DNA of 64,000 nucleotides. It comes from Pseudogymnoascus verrucosus (lineage: Eukaryota). Made by a program: the position numbers and the translations under genes. The notes under the pieces are model-generated. The model was not told where the DNA came from. It did not search any database and saw nothing but the letters and a program-made list of their open reading frames with translations. The stretch lies in NCBI GenBank assembly GCA_001662655.1, contig KV460239.1; one strand, given 5' to 3'. Below, piece after piece: positions 23,702 through 36,691 of the stretch; position 1 is the stretch's first letter; every line of letters starts with the position of its first letter.

Positions 23702-25352
23702 ATGTCCGAAAAAACCGCCCCAGCAGCTGAGACGGTGGTCTCAGTTCTAGCAGTCACCGAGAAGAAGAGACCAGAGAAGCCTGATGATGCCGCCTTTGAG
23801 GCAGCAAAGGAGAAGGCGAAGAAGGAGCACAAGGTTGCCCAGGATAAGTTTGTATGTTGACCTCCAATTCATTATTCATAGCTTCAATTAGTCATTATAC
23901 GACTTCAAGCTCTTTCCTCTTCGGGACAGTGACTGACCTTCTCCAGAACGCTGCCAAAGCAAAGTTAGAGCTCGCCCAGCCAAAGAACAAGGATGGCACC
24001 CCATCTGCTACCCAGAAGAGACGCCAAGAGCTCCAGACGAAGCTCAACGAGATCAGAAAGGAGCAGGCCGGCGGCAAAGCTGGCCGTAACCAAGTCTTTG
24101 ACCAGATCAAGAAGCTCGATGAGCAATTGAAGAGCAGAATTGCCGAACAAAAGGCTGCACGCAGCCGCGTTGCATTCAAGAATGTTGATGAGATCGATCG
24201 CCAGATTGATCACCTCGAGAAGCAGGTCAACGGGGGCATGATGAAGCTGGTGGACGAGAAGAAGGCATTGACCGAGGTCTCTTCGCTCCGCAAGCAACGC
24301 AAGAACTTCGCTGGCTTTGAGGACTCGCAAAAGGGAATCGACGATGTTAAGGCCAAGATCAAGGTTCTCAGGGACTCGCTCGACGACCCAGTGGCCAAGG
24401 CCCGCAGCGACGAGTACAACAAAATCCAAGCCGAATTAGACGTTATCAAGGCCGAGCAAGACGAGGTCTTCAAGAACATCCACGCCCTCCGCTCCCAGCG
24501 CGAGGATCTCTACAAGGAATCTCAAGCAAAATACCAAGCTGTTCGCGCCATCGAGGATAACCACTGGAAGGCGAAGAAGGCCTTCCAATCCCACGAATAC
24601 GAGCAACGCCAGAAGACCCGTGAGCGCATAAAGGCCGAGCAAGAGGCATTCAACCTGCTAAAGAAGCGTGAGCGTGCCGAGAAGGTCCTTGCTGAGGCCA
24701 GCGAGCCCGCCTACCTTGACGAGATCCGCCGTGCCCAGAGCTTGATCCATTACCTTGACCCCAGCACCGCCAACGAGGCCTCCAAGCCCCTTCTCGCACC
24801 CAGTGGACTCACCGCCGAGGCACAGCGCACCGTTGACGACTCCGGAATTAAGGGCATGAAGGTTGCCAAGAAGGAGGACGAGGAATACTTCGCTGGAACC
24901 GGCGGCAAGAAGGGCAAGAAGGGACGCAAGGCCGCCGCCTCCCCCGCTGCTCCAGCTCCTGGCAAATTCACCCTCCCACCAGCTGTTTTGGAAGACTGCA
25001 GCGCCATGGGCATTGAACCCCCAATGAACGCCGCTGATGTCCCAGCCGTCCTCGCCAAGGCCCAGGAGAAGCTCGCATTCTGGAGAGCCGACCAGAAGGC
25101 CCAGACCGAGAAGGTATGCCATTCGAATTCCATCCATTAACTGCTGCAAATACTAACTAACTATCCCAGAACGTCGCCAAGGCCCAGAAAGACATCGAGA
25201 AGCTCGACGCCGAGGACTCCGCCCCAGCCACCAACGGCTCCAAGAAGTCCGAGGAGTCCGTCGTCGCCACCGCCATCGAGACCGTCAAGGACACCGTCGC
25301 CGACGTCGCCGAGAAGGTCAAGGCCGTCACCGTCGGCGAGGACAAGGAGTAA
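23702..25352 (+). CDS. BFR1: Nuclear segregation / polysome-associated coiled-coil protein Bfr1, 3 exons
   Basis: KRPEKPD N-terminus, long coiled coil, FKNVDEIDRQI..LE.QV.GG.MKLVDEKKAL.EVSSL, YFAGTGGKKGKKG and KLAFW. Introns 23852-23946 and 25114-25169. Confidence 0.85.
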
Positions 25353-26058
25353 ACCCCCTTCTCCCGCTCACCACTACCAAACATGGCAACATCCCCGTCA
25401 TTTTCGCAGTTTCAAAAAAGCATAGCGTTTTGATTCAACCCCCGCACCCCTCGAGCAAAGCGCGCCTATTACACTCATCATCAAAAACACCCCCCATTCA
25501 TCCGGTTTTGTTTTCAGCGAGCATTTTCGGATCCTTGGGAGATATCCCCCACCCTCCCAACCACTCTTGTTGCGAAACTTCAGACTTTTTTATCCCTTGC
25601 ATTGTGTATACTTTTTAAACGAGGAGATATATTATTTTGGGCCACATCCATAATTTTCTAGGGTCCGGTCTCGGGTCACGTATAAAATAATGGAAAGAAC
25701 TGGCTTATTTCATGAATTTCGTAAAAAAAAAAAAAGACGTGTTTGACATTTCTAACTTCCCATCATAATTTGAGTGAACCCGTGTGCTATGTTATGCGTG
25801 ATAAAGTCGTTAATCTCGTAAGACGATTCGTTGACTTAAAAACCTCCCTCCCTCCCTCCCTCCCTGTGTCATCCCTTTGCGCAATTTAGAAGATGTGGAA
25901 TACGCATGGCGCCAGTGCTATGTTATGCTCCCCGATGCCGAACCAGACGCCCCAGCGCGAAAACATGAGTATTGCAAACATCAAAACAAGTAGAAATCCA
26001 GCCACCCGCCCACACAGACATCGATCGTCGTTACATTCCCACCCTATCTTCCAGTCCC

Positions 26059-26711
26059 TCAGTACCGTCCACCATACGCATACCCGCTGCTCGGCGGCGG
26101 CGGTGGTCTCCTGATGCTTCCTAGACCCGGCGTGCTCCTTCCGGCCTCCACACGCTCCTGCCTTTTCCCCTTCCCTCCTCCCCCGCTCATCTCTCGCATC
26201 CTCGCCCCCGTCAGTGCACTCAGCGGCGGGTCCTTAACGGCCGAGTCGTCGTCGCGCGGCAGGGTGAAGGTAACCAGGCTGTAGAAGTACTCGAGGACCT
26301 CGGGGTAGCGCTGCACGCTGGCGCGCCAGTCTTCGTCAATACCCCGCTTCAGTTCTGCGTTGGCGGCGGCGATCTCGGTAGGGTGTGGTCGCGTGCCGTA
26401 GTAGTAGAGTGCGCGCTCGGTCAGGTGCGCGATGTGCATTGAGTGCGAGTCGCGGCGGCGGGTGGTGAGGACGTTGAAGTACGTTAGGATGTAGTCTTGT
26501 GCGTGGCCGCGGACCCAGGCTCTGCGAGGGAAGTAAGTTAGTTGCTGGTGGGGGCGATTCTTGGAAGGGGGAGGAGGTATTACCGGATGTCGGCGAAGAA
26601 GGTGGTCATCATCCGGGTCTCAGCCTGGCGGACAGCGGTGTCGAGGCCCTTTGCCTCGCAGTCGCATTGTGCGAGCGCGGGCGACGAGCAGATCGCACAG
26701 TCGGGATCCAT
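26059..26711 (-). CDS. Conserved fungal hypothetical protein with an N-terminal Cys cluster, 2 exons
   Basis: MDPDCAICSSPALAQCDCEAKGLD...DIR^AWVRGHAQDYIL...LKRGIDEDWRASVQRYPEVLEYFYSLV, with intron 26522-26583. An in-frame upstream ATG exists at 26822. Confidence 0.8.
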
Positions 26712-28127
26712 GGTTTCGGGCTTTTCTCGTTCTCGATATGGGTCTCGGTCTCTGGAGGCGAGAGTCAATGAAGTGAATCTACTGGAGAGATTTGGAAAGA
26801 GGTGCAAGTGAATTGGAGGCATGGGTGTTGTGGAATTGGTGTAGCGCGGGTGGTGTTTGCCAAATGGGCCATGGGGGAAGGAAGGAAGTGAGGTTGAGGT
26901 GAAGTGAGGTTCATGTGTTGAGGGCTTGTATACTGCTGGACGGACTGGGAAGGAGCCGCCAACTCACCTTCGATTATGCATCGTTGGGAGTTGAGTTGCA
27001 CGTCACAGATACTGCGACGCGGCTCTGCTTGGTGAGGTAGGTACAGTGCGGTTTGGGCCAGCAAGCACAATGGGCACCTGTCGGCAAACGCGACACGACT
27101 GGACACTGTGAAGCCACGGGGGGAAGGAGCGGTGCTTGAAACAGGTATTTATGGGTATTGTAATATGCGATAAGAGGCAAAATAAGAGAACAGAAGACGG
27201 AGAAAGAGAAAGAGAGAAAGGAAGAGAAGGAGAGAAGGTATTCCTACGTGTTTGTATCCCTTTCCCACCGCTGACAGAACAGAATGCCGACGATGCAGCG
27301 GATGCAGGAGATGCAGCTGCTGTGCTGTCGTGGCTCGAGTGTCAGTTGTTTCCACTCTCCACTCGCGGTGTGCAGATTGTAACGTTAAAGGGCAAGCTTC
27401 TGCAGTATTTTCTGGATGAATTGGTGAACCGGCAGAAGGAAGAGAAGGGAGAGGTGCATTCAATTGGACCAAGGCTCTATTCGACGGCCGGTCAAAGAAG
27501 CGGTCTCATGCGTCTTATGCAGCTAAGACGCGGATACACGCATCGGTTTTTGGTTTTGGACGAGTCGGGCAGGGCACTTTGAGGGGTTCAGGTCAGGTTG
27601 TTAGGTCAGTCAGGTAGTCCAGCCCAGCGCCCCATTGTTGACTGTGGAGGTGGTGGGTTGCCGAGGGAATTGGGCCAGCCAGCTTGACACGCACGCAGTG
27701 CGGTATATGTGTATATTGTGGGCTATATATGGGCATATATGGTTAATATAATATATAGCTAATATATGGAAGTATAACAATGATGCCCGTCTTTTATATC
27801 TGACAGAAGGGGGTAGTGTGTATTGTGTATTGGGCGAGGCTCTGTGGTAGATAATAGATTTAATGGAGCATTGTGATTGGTTTAGGGGGAATTGTAGGGA
27901 GTTGTAGCGTAGTTGTAGCGTACTCAGGGCAGATAATACGCTACGGTACGCTACGGTGCGCTACTAACAATCACTACTAGTGCCAAACCACCATGGTCCT
28001 AGAATATACGGTGGCCGAGATTATTTATTCCGCAGCCTCTATCAAAAAGTCCAACGAGGAGAGCGACGACGACGCTCCTTCCACATTCACCAGTGAGTGA
28101 ACCAAAGGGGCTCCTTCCCCATTCACC

Positions 28128-29816
28128 ATGCCGCCTCGATGTCCCACAGCCTCTGGGACTCTGACGCCATTCCTCTATCCCTTCCTCTGCAGCACCACGA
28201 CTCCTCGAACCCTCCCGCGCCTGGCTCAAAAATGCTTCTCCCGCCAGCAACCCCCCCGACACCTCTCGACAACCCCCAGAGCCCTCTCAGCAGACTCCGA
28301 CCCTCTCTCAAGCGTCCCAGTGCACCTCAATAACCAACCCATCTCGCACCTCAACCCCCCACCCTCCGACTACGGCCGCACCATCTTCTCCGACCGCGCC
28401 ACCGTCCACCTCCACGCCGGCGACGGCGGCCACGGCTGCATCTCCTTCCTGAAAGAAAAATACATCGCCGCCGGCCCCGCCAACGGCGGCGACGGCGGCT
28501 ACGGGGGTAGCATCTACATCCAAGCCGTCCGGGGGGAGACCTCTCTGCACAAGCTCGCGCGCCGCAACATCATCAAAGCCGGGCGCGGCAAGAACGGGCA
28601 AGGCAAGACCCGCGGCGGCGAGCGCGGCGACGACGTCGTCATCCAGGTCCCTGTCGGCACTGTGATTCGCGAGATCGAGCGCGTGGACCCGGTCTCGAAT
28701 GAGGAGCTGAAATTGCAGTTCCAGGGTGATGCGCCGGAGGGGGAGGTGCGCGAGCATGCTGGGCCGTATAAATGGGATCGCGATAAGTGGCTGCTTTACC
28801 CGGCCATTACGCCGGAAGATATTGCAACTGCTGACTTCCCGAGTCTCCCGAAAGCGCGCCGCTCTCATCTTGCTTCTGCGCAGGAGATGGCTCCGATAAA
28901 CCTAGACCTTAGCCAGCCGATGGAGAAACCCATTCTCCTTGCTGCCGGCGCCGTTGGCGGTCTCGGAAACCCGCATTTCGTGTCCCAGGGTGCCTCGCGC
29001 CCGAAGTACGCCACCAAGGGCTCTGAGGGGTTGCATATCACACTCGAGCTCGAGCTGAAGCTACTCGCAGACGTAGGACTCGTCGGGCTACCCAACGCAG
29101 GCAAATCGACACTTCTGCGCGCAGTCAGCAACTCGCGCGCCCGCGTGGGCAACTGGGCTTTCACGACGCTACAGCCTAACATCGGAACTGTGGTGCTGGA
29201 CAACCACAAGGGCCGCCCATTGACCGTGTCAAGCTACGAGACCGGCGAGCCACGCACGAATTACACCATTGCGGATATCCCTGGTCTAGTCAAAGACGCG
29301 CATCTCGACCGCGGCCTAGGCGTCTCCTTCCTGCGCCACGTCGAGCGCGCGCGCGTCCTCGCATTCGTAATCGACCTCGCCGCCGGCGACGCCGTGACAG
29401 CGCTGAAATCCCTCTGGCGCGAAGTCGGGATGTACGAGCGCATGAAGATCGAAGAGGAAGCCGCGAAAGAGAAGAAAGAACAGATTGTGAAATGGAGCCC
29501 CATGCAGCCTAGCCAGGACGAGGACGAGCCTCGTGGTTCGAGCTATCACGATAAAGTACCCCGTAGCGAGGATGCCGGGGGGATTGCGAGTAAACCTTGG
29601 TTTGTGGTGGCGAGTAAGGCGGATTTGGAGGGGTCGCAGGAGAATTATGCTAAGTTGAAAGAGTATTTGGAGAGGGTTACGAAGGGGGAGGAGGAGCATC
29701 CTAGTGGGCAGAAGGATGGGTATGTCAAGGACTTGGTTGCGTTGCCTATTTCTGCCATTAATGGGCATGGGGTTGATGGGATCACGAAGTTGGTTGTGGG
29801 TATGCTTAATGCGTAG
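28128..29816 (+). CDS. MTG2: Mitochondrial Obg-family GTPase, single exon
   Basis: Gly-rich Obg fold (AGDGGHGC, GPANGGDGG, VPVGT). G1 GLPNAGKS, G2 FTT, G3 DIPG, G4 SKAD, G5 SA. Presequence-like N-terminus. Confidence 0.93.
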   Translation: MPPRCPTASGTLTPFLYPFLCSTTTPRTLPRLAQKCFSRQQPPRHLSTTPRALSADSDPLSSVPVHLNNQPISHLNPPPSDYGRTIFSDRATVHLHAGDGGHGCISFLKEKYIAAGPANGGDGGYGGSIYIQAVRGETSLHKLARRNIIKAGRGKNGQGKTRGGERGDDVVIQVPVGTVIREIERVDPVSNEELKLQFQGDAPEGEVREHAGPYKWDRDKWLLYPAITPEDIATADFPSLPKARRSHLASAQEMAPINLDLSQPMEKPILLAAGAVGGLGNPHFVSQGASRPKYATKGSEGLHITLELELKLLADVGLVGLPNAGKSTLLRAVSNSRARVGNWAFTTLQPNIGTVVLDNHKGRPLTVSSYETGEPRTNYTIADIPGLVKDAHLDRGLGVSFLRHVERARVLAFVIDLAAGDAVTALKSLWREVGMYERMKIEEEAAKEKKEQIVKWSPMQPSQDEDEPRGSSYHDKVPRSEDAGGIASKPWFVVASKADLEGSQENYAKLKEYLERVTKGEEEHPSGQKDGYVKDLVALPISAINGHGVDGITKLVVGMLNA

Positions 29817-30056
29817 ACCGCGCCGGGAAGGAAGGATGGGGGATAGATGTACGATATTGTACAGTACCATAAATTTGTATATAATGTATGATAGATGTCA
29901 TTAATCAGGCGAACCACATACGGTTTAAATCAACGGAGTCACAGTTGCATAGCCATGAGATTCCTATTATTGCAGTTGAATGTTATTTCCTTTATATCGC
30001 AGAAGCTATTGATGAAAACGCCTTTTTACTCTATGCGTACAATGCCCCCAAGACAT

Positions 30057-32873
30057 TTACAATTGATCCGAACCCGCCTCCGTCTCGATAGGCGCCTCCG
30101 CAGCATCCATCTCAACATCCTCACTCTTCTCTACCACCTCGCCATTGCCATTCGCCGCCTCCGCCTCCGTCTCCGCCTCAGCAACCTCCGCCTCCGCAAC
30201 AGCCGCATCCACCACCGCCGCCCTCGTCGCCGGATGATGATTATTAACCAACGGCACATTCTCGTTAAATATCCTCAACAACATCGCCGTGCGATCCTCC
30301 TTCGCCAGCATCAAATTCAAACTATGCAAGCTGCGCCACAGCGGCAGCACAATCCTCTCCTTAAACCCGTCTTCTTCATCACTAGGCTCAATACGGAGCA
30401 CACAGCATCCCATCCCAATATCCCTGACGCGCTCCCCGATTTCCCCAAGCTCCTTCCAGCACCCATCCGTAACCTTGGGGAACATCTCCACCAGCAGCTT
30501 ACGCAGGGTGGCGCGCTTGTAAAGGCGCACTACGCGGCCCTCGCCGACGTAGCCTTCGAGGATGGGCATACCCTCTGACTGAATGCGCCAGCGACACACG
30601 CCCTCGCCCTGGACATCCTGCTTCATGAACATACGCACGCCGCCGTGGATGAATTTAATACCCTTCCCCTCGTTCTCGACAAGGATGTCGCGGATCAGGG
30701 CAGAGGTGTAGTAGATCGTCTTCGCGGGCTCGCCGAGCGCATTGCGCACCATGAAGCGGTCGCGCGGGAAGCGCTGGGAGAGCTTGTAGAATTCCTCGAT
30801 GGATTGGACTTCGGGGTGGTCGCCGGAGATGTACTTGAATGGCTCCTCGAACTGCTGTTGGTTGCGGCCCTTGGCTTTGACGGGTGCGGGGAGGGAGGTT
30901 GTGGCGGCGGGGGTGGTGGTCTCGGAGCGCAGGTCGCCGGGGCGAGTGGTCGCGTCGAGCTCGGCGCCTGGGGGTGGGGGGAAGTGAACCTGGCGGTTGT
31001 CGAGGCTCATGGCCTCAACTTCGGTGCCGTTGCTCTCGATCTTCGCCTTCTTTGGCGAGGATGGGGCGGCATCGCTGTCATCGAAGGCGCGCTTAGCTGG
31101 GAGAGTAGCATCTGGCTTGTCGCTGGCTTGGTTCTCGCGAGCAACAGCGGGAACGTTTGCATCCTCCAGGTCGGTTGATGTAGAACCCTCAAGGAGATCA
31201 GCAGCCTCGATCTTGGGAGCCACGTTTGCGCCTGGGGCTGGTTCTGGCTGAGCCTCGATCTCCTCGACGATGCTGATAACAGCAGGCTTTGGCTCCGACT
31301 TCTTGGCCTCAGATTCAGGCCTTGCCTTGAATTCGGTCATCTTCTGGAGAACGGTGATGAAGAAACCACCGGTATCTTGCTGATGCGCGTACACTCTCAT
31401 GCAGCGCTCAAGCGGAATCTTGGCCGCCTCGCCAGTTGGAGTGAACATGCCCTCAGCAAGGCGAGCCGTGGCGTGGTTGGCGCCGCTCTTCTGGTTCTCA
31501 GCCTCGACAGATGGCCAGTCCTCCCAAACCTTACCAGACTTATCCATGATGGTCCACTTCTTGAGACCTTCCTTGCGCTTCAGTCCGACCAACTGGTCGC
31601 TGCAGTCGATCAGCTGGACCTTCTCCAATCCACCACAGCGCTCAATGGCCGAGGCAACAACTGCCTCGTTCTCGACGGGGTTCATGCTGCAGGTAGAGTA
31701 GACCACTCGTCCACCAGCCTTGAGCATCTGAAGAGCACGAACAAGAATGCGGACTTGAGTGACGTAGAGACCAAGAGCATTGCTAGGGCTCCAATCTTGC
31801 CACAGGTTGGGGTTCTTGCGGCACGTTCCGTCTCCGGAGCATGGCACATCTGCAAGAATGCGATCGAACTTGAGGTAGCGGTTCTGGGCCGGGTCCTCCT
31901 TGGTCGAAGGAAGCTTGATCGAAGGGAAAATCGTAGCGTCGTGGTTGGTAACAATCAGATTCGGGGATGAAAGGCGCTTAAGCTGATGAATCAACATGTG
32001 ACTGCGCTTGTAATCGGAATCGTTGGCAATGAGGAGGCCCGTAGCCCTGCCAAAGTCCTCAGAGTCGACATTCAAATCCTCATCACCAACAACGTCGAGA
32101 CCAGGGCTGATCTCTCTCCCGTCCTCCGTGGCGTGCAGGCGCAGAGCATTGCGTATCCTGGCCTCCTCCCCCTTATGAACCATCTCCAAAAGCTGAGCCG
32201 CCTTACTTCCCGGCGCCGCGCACATATCCAAAACAGTCATACCGGGCTCAATACCCATGAGAAGCGGGGGAATCATGCTGACGACCTCCTGCCTGCTGAT
32301 GTTTCCGACGCTGGTCTCGGAGACCAGGTACTTCTGGAAAGCCGCAAAGGGCGGGAAGCGTCGCACGACGTTCTTCGGCGTTGTCATCCACCAGGCGAGC
32401 TCATCAGGGTACCAGGGGACTGGCTGCGGGGCCTCGACGGCCGTGCCATCGTAATGCTCGATCTTGGTGATCTCTGGGATGTAGCGCTCACGAAGCTGCT
32501 TCTGCACAGCCAAGGCATGTCTTCATCCAATATTAGCACATATACCCAAACTAAAGAAGGGTAAAAAACTACATACCCTTTGGACCCCGCGAAGCGGAAG
32601 CTGTTAGGCAAGTCCCTCCTCAGCGCCGCCCAGAACTCGACGCGCTCCTCCTGCGGCAGCTCAATGATGCTATCATAGTACCGCTCGAACTTCTCGTTGG
32701 TCTTGTCGATTTTATCGTAGCTCACACGGTTATCGCGACTATCGCGACCACCACCCCCACCTCCACGGCCTTTGCCTCTGCCACCGCCACGTCCGCCCTA
32801 GGGAGAGGTTAATTAGTTTTCCTAGAATCGCCAATTGCATGTGTGGACTTACTCTTTTGCCTCCGCGACCCAT
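30057..32873 (-). CDS. NCL1: tRNA (cytosine-5)-methyltransferase Ncl1/Trm4 (NSUN2), 3 exons
   Basis: RQEVVSMIPP, DMCAAPGSK, DRILADVPCSGDG, YSTCSMNPVENE and QDTGGFF. Introns 32798-32852 and 32521-32576. Confidence 0.95.
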
Positions 32874-33497
32874 TGTAAATTCGCTGAGGGACGATTGAAA
32901 GAGACTGTAGTATTGGCGTCTGAGGGAGACCGAGCCTTTGAACATCAGGCTTTTACGACGGCGGCGCATAAAAGTTCATCGGAAGCCTTGCGCTACCCAC
33001 CCGCGCTACCCCAGACCGGAAAATAGTCTCGCCGCTTACCGCAAACACGTCCAGAATCAGATCCCGTGACCTAGTTGGAATAAAAATGATATTATTCGAA
33101 GTGACTGGAAAATCCCTTGATAAATTCTTCTACCTTGGTCCTAAACCTAGTATGTAATGCCCAGTCCCCCGTTCCCCTAAGAAAAAAGCAAATCCAGTCC
33201 ATGCTCTCGCGCCAAATTCGCTTGCCATTCGCCCAAAAGAAGGATACGTCAGCCTGGGTATGTGTGCTTTGATGTCCCAATAATAATCATCCTCGCTATC
33301 TTGCTCCGTCGTAGAAAATAAAAACATCTAATACTCGCGCCAAATTGTGTTCGTATTATCAATCTCCCCCTTTGCCTTTCCTTTGCCTGTCTGAGTTGGG
33401 AAACCATGGCAGTTCAGTCATCTCACGACTCCCCACGTCTCACATCTTACCAGCCAGGCGGTGGCGGCGGCGGACTATGACCACCAAACTGTCGTTG

Positions 33498-36400
33498 TCA
33501 CAAACGGCCCAGTAGCACCTCCTTCTTCCACATACGCACGCCCAGAACGTCATAGAACCGGCCGCAGTCAACGGTCTCGAGCTTCAGACCAGGAGCAGTG
33601 TCATCCTCCTCATCACTATCGTCAGTGTTGCTGTCGTCCTGCTTCTCCTCTATGATTGTGTTACCTGTATACATGGTGGCTTTACCCTTCCCCTTATCCT
33701 TGGATTTGGGTGCAGGTTTGACCTTCCATGCGAGTCGACCCACGGTGTTACCTAGAGCCAAGTATTCCAATTTCATGCGGGGGTGGCTTGACAAGGCATC
33801 GGCAATAAACCTGGGGATCTCACGCATAACCCAATGACAAGTGTCATCGTTGCGGAAGTTTATTATATGGAGTGCTCTGAGAGAGACCAAGCCTGGAAGA
33901 TATTGGTTGAAAGTATGCTATACAATATGTTAGGATTGCTCGTTAAATGTTCGTGAAGATCTGACAGATGCACCAATTGAGACGAAGCATCAAAAAGGAA
34001 ATATAACATACCAGAGCAGGAGATGCAAAGCTAATACCAAGCTCTTCCAGGTTCTTTCCTTTCCGGCAAAGCAACTCCAAAAACTTCACATTCGCATCCC
34101 ACGTATAGTCATTTTCATTCTTGACAGCCAGTCTCTTCAGCGAAGAAGCGTGCTTCTTGATGACATAACGCCGAATATTATCACTCGTAACCATAGTCTT
34201 GGGCGCAAAGCTGTACTCCGAACTTTTCGTGGAGCGCTCCAGGATGAATAGCTCCACCAGGTTTTCCAACTGATTCACGAACTTGAGGAAAGGAAGAGTG
34301 ACGTTGTCGGTGTGGATCTTGCACAAAGGCAAAGGGGAAACTTTGTTCTCTTTCGCAAGGTAGTTCCAGAAGGGTGCTTGAGATCCGACGTTGAGCAGTG
34401 AGATGCGCTTCAGGACATGGAGATCAACAGCCCTTGACAGCACAGACGTCTTGATGGGGATGAGATATATCGATAATGACTTCAGAGTCAATCCACGAGT
34501 TTTACGGACGTAGTCGCTCATGGTATTATCCTTCTCCTCCAGTGATCGGTTATGTGCTTCGGCAGCCTCCTTTATCACCATGTATTGGAGCGAGTCGATC
34601 GCAAGATTGTTAAACCGGAATCCTTTAAGCGCTCGCGTTGCGAGTGCTATTTCAAGGATTTCTCGATGGACTTTCTCGTCAGGTTCAAGTGTAGCCGGTG
34701 CTGACGAGTCTTTAGACTCCTTGGTTTCAGTGTCTGTGGTCAGAATCTCACCAGCTGTCTCCTCTGCCACAGGTTCTGAAGTTGACTCATCCGCATCTTG
34801 GGAATCAGGTTCTGGCTCGCAAACATCAATATCATCCGGGTGAGGGCTGTCGGTGGTAGATTGGTGCGCCTTGGGATCTTTTTTACCCTCATTGTCAAAC
34901 ATGCCGACATATTTTTGTTCGGGTTCCGTGTTCTTGGATTTATCTTCCTCGTCTGCTTTTCCAGCGTCACTAGTATCGGACGACGCCGGTGTGGCCTTCT
35001 CAGTTCCGCTTCCAGCAGTCGACTCCTCGTCCGACCCAACTTTACCAGACTTCCCACCCAGAGTCCCCTTTTTGCCCTTCAAGTATTTCTTAGCCCCCTT
35101 CTCAACGGCCTTCATAAATTCTTTCTGTTCGGCAGTGAGATCAGACATGCCTGGAGCACCCATCAACTTCTTCGACAGTACCGCGAATTCATTGATAAAT
35201 GAGTTCACAGTTTCGTCCATGCCAGCACCGGATTTCTTTTCTTCATCGCTCGCATCCGAGCCCGGCAGCTCCTTCGGCTTCGATTCTAGACCAAAAATTT
35301 GAGCTAACACAGCTTCCTGTGCCTGCTTCGCTTCAACTGCCCGGAATGCTTTGGCTGGACCAGAAGCGTCATCTGTGGAAGGAGACGCTACAGCAGGTGG
35401 AGGCGGGATCATATTGCCAAACTCATCGATTTCCTGGTCCGATTCGTCGCCCGTGTCGTCAGCAGGAGGTGGTTTCCGCGCCTTCCTTGCCAGGGCCTCT
35501 GAAAACGACAGCTGCAGTTTGTTTAATGTTGAAGATGAGTTATGAATGCAAGCCTTGATCTCTTTGACATACTCCAAACTGTCCATGTCGAGGATAGATA
35601 GAGTCTTCAGGTTCTTAAATCCCGATATTGTAGGCGGACCGTGATCTGTTTTCAGTTCGGTCGCCCGCGAGGCAAGAATGGCCTTCGCCTCGGCGTTTGT
35701 CATCTTCGTAGGTTGTGCTTCGGAACCCTCCCTAATGGCTTTCGAAACTTCGATAGTATCACCGACTGTATCATCAGGGACAAATTTGAGTGACTGCAAT
35801 GGTGGTGGTCGTTGGTACAGCGACTGTCCCGAATGCATACGAAGATATAGGTGCTGCAACGCCGGGATGCTATGTAAGGACTTGTAGACCGGCCGACTCA
35901 ATTCAACGCGTACATCCCACCTATACAGCATGTTAGTCACCGGCGAACCCTGGGCGACGTATGAGAGCTTCCTTACTTAAAAGTCTCCAACGCCTTCGCT
36001 TTCCGCAGCGTCAACAAAAACAGCGTATTCATGAACTTTCCGCAGCTCACATCATTGGTATAGTGCCTATAGGCTTTTTCTCCCTTCGCACCTCCACTCA
36101 GGCTCTCGAGGACAATCTCCTTCAGGTATCTCGCATAGTCGTACTCGCTCGTAACAAGCGTGTCCAGCCCAGCCGCCAGCCCATCCATATCCGACTCGTA
36201 AGTCCCATCGTCCTCATCCGGGAATATGATATGGAAATTTCGATAGATCTGCGCCGCCGCCAGATCGCGAAAGTGCTTCGAGACGAGAGACAGCGATATC
36301 AAGTCGGGCGCGGTACACTATCGCGGCACGCAGTCAGCTAGCCATCCCATCTGCCCCACGATCCCCAGATTGTACGTGGACCCCGACCCACAGCGGGGCG

Positions 36401-36691
36401 CCCAAGCCGTGATAAATTAATCGGCGGGGATAAACTCACCTGCTTGATTATCCCATTCTGTGTTTCCGAGGGGAGATCGAAAAAGGTCAATGATCGGGGC
36501 GCTTGCTCGGCGCTGCCCGCCTCGGGCGCAGCTATGGGGTCGGCGAAGCTCATGGCGGTGGCAGAGGCTGTCGGGGGTGGAGAGTTGGTTTCAATGTTGT
36601 TGAGATCGTGCCATTGCGACCAGGGCCCTTTGTTGGAGACGATGGCTATGGGGGTTGCTCTCTTGCTCCGTGCTTGTTTCAACGATGGCAT
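33498..36691 (-). CDS. Fungal F-box protein with LRR-like repeats and an acidic insert, 4 exons
   Basis: F-box LTFFDLPSETQNGIIKQ^CTAPDLISLSLVSKHFRDLAAAQIYR. Introns 36318-36439, 35921-35976 and 33918-34011 keep one reading frame. The start may instead be the ATG near 36553. Confidence 0.8.

Noticed and set aside
23854..23946. ATG inside BFR1 intron 1, in frame with exon 2
   Set aside because: The ATG is part of the gtatgt donor; the canonical intron and conserved upstream exon explain the locus.
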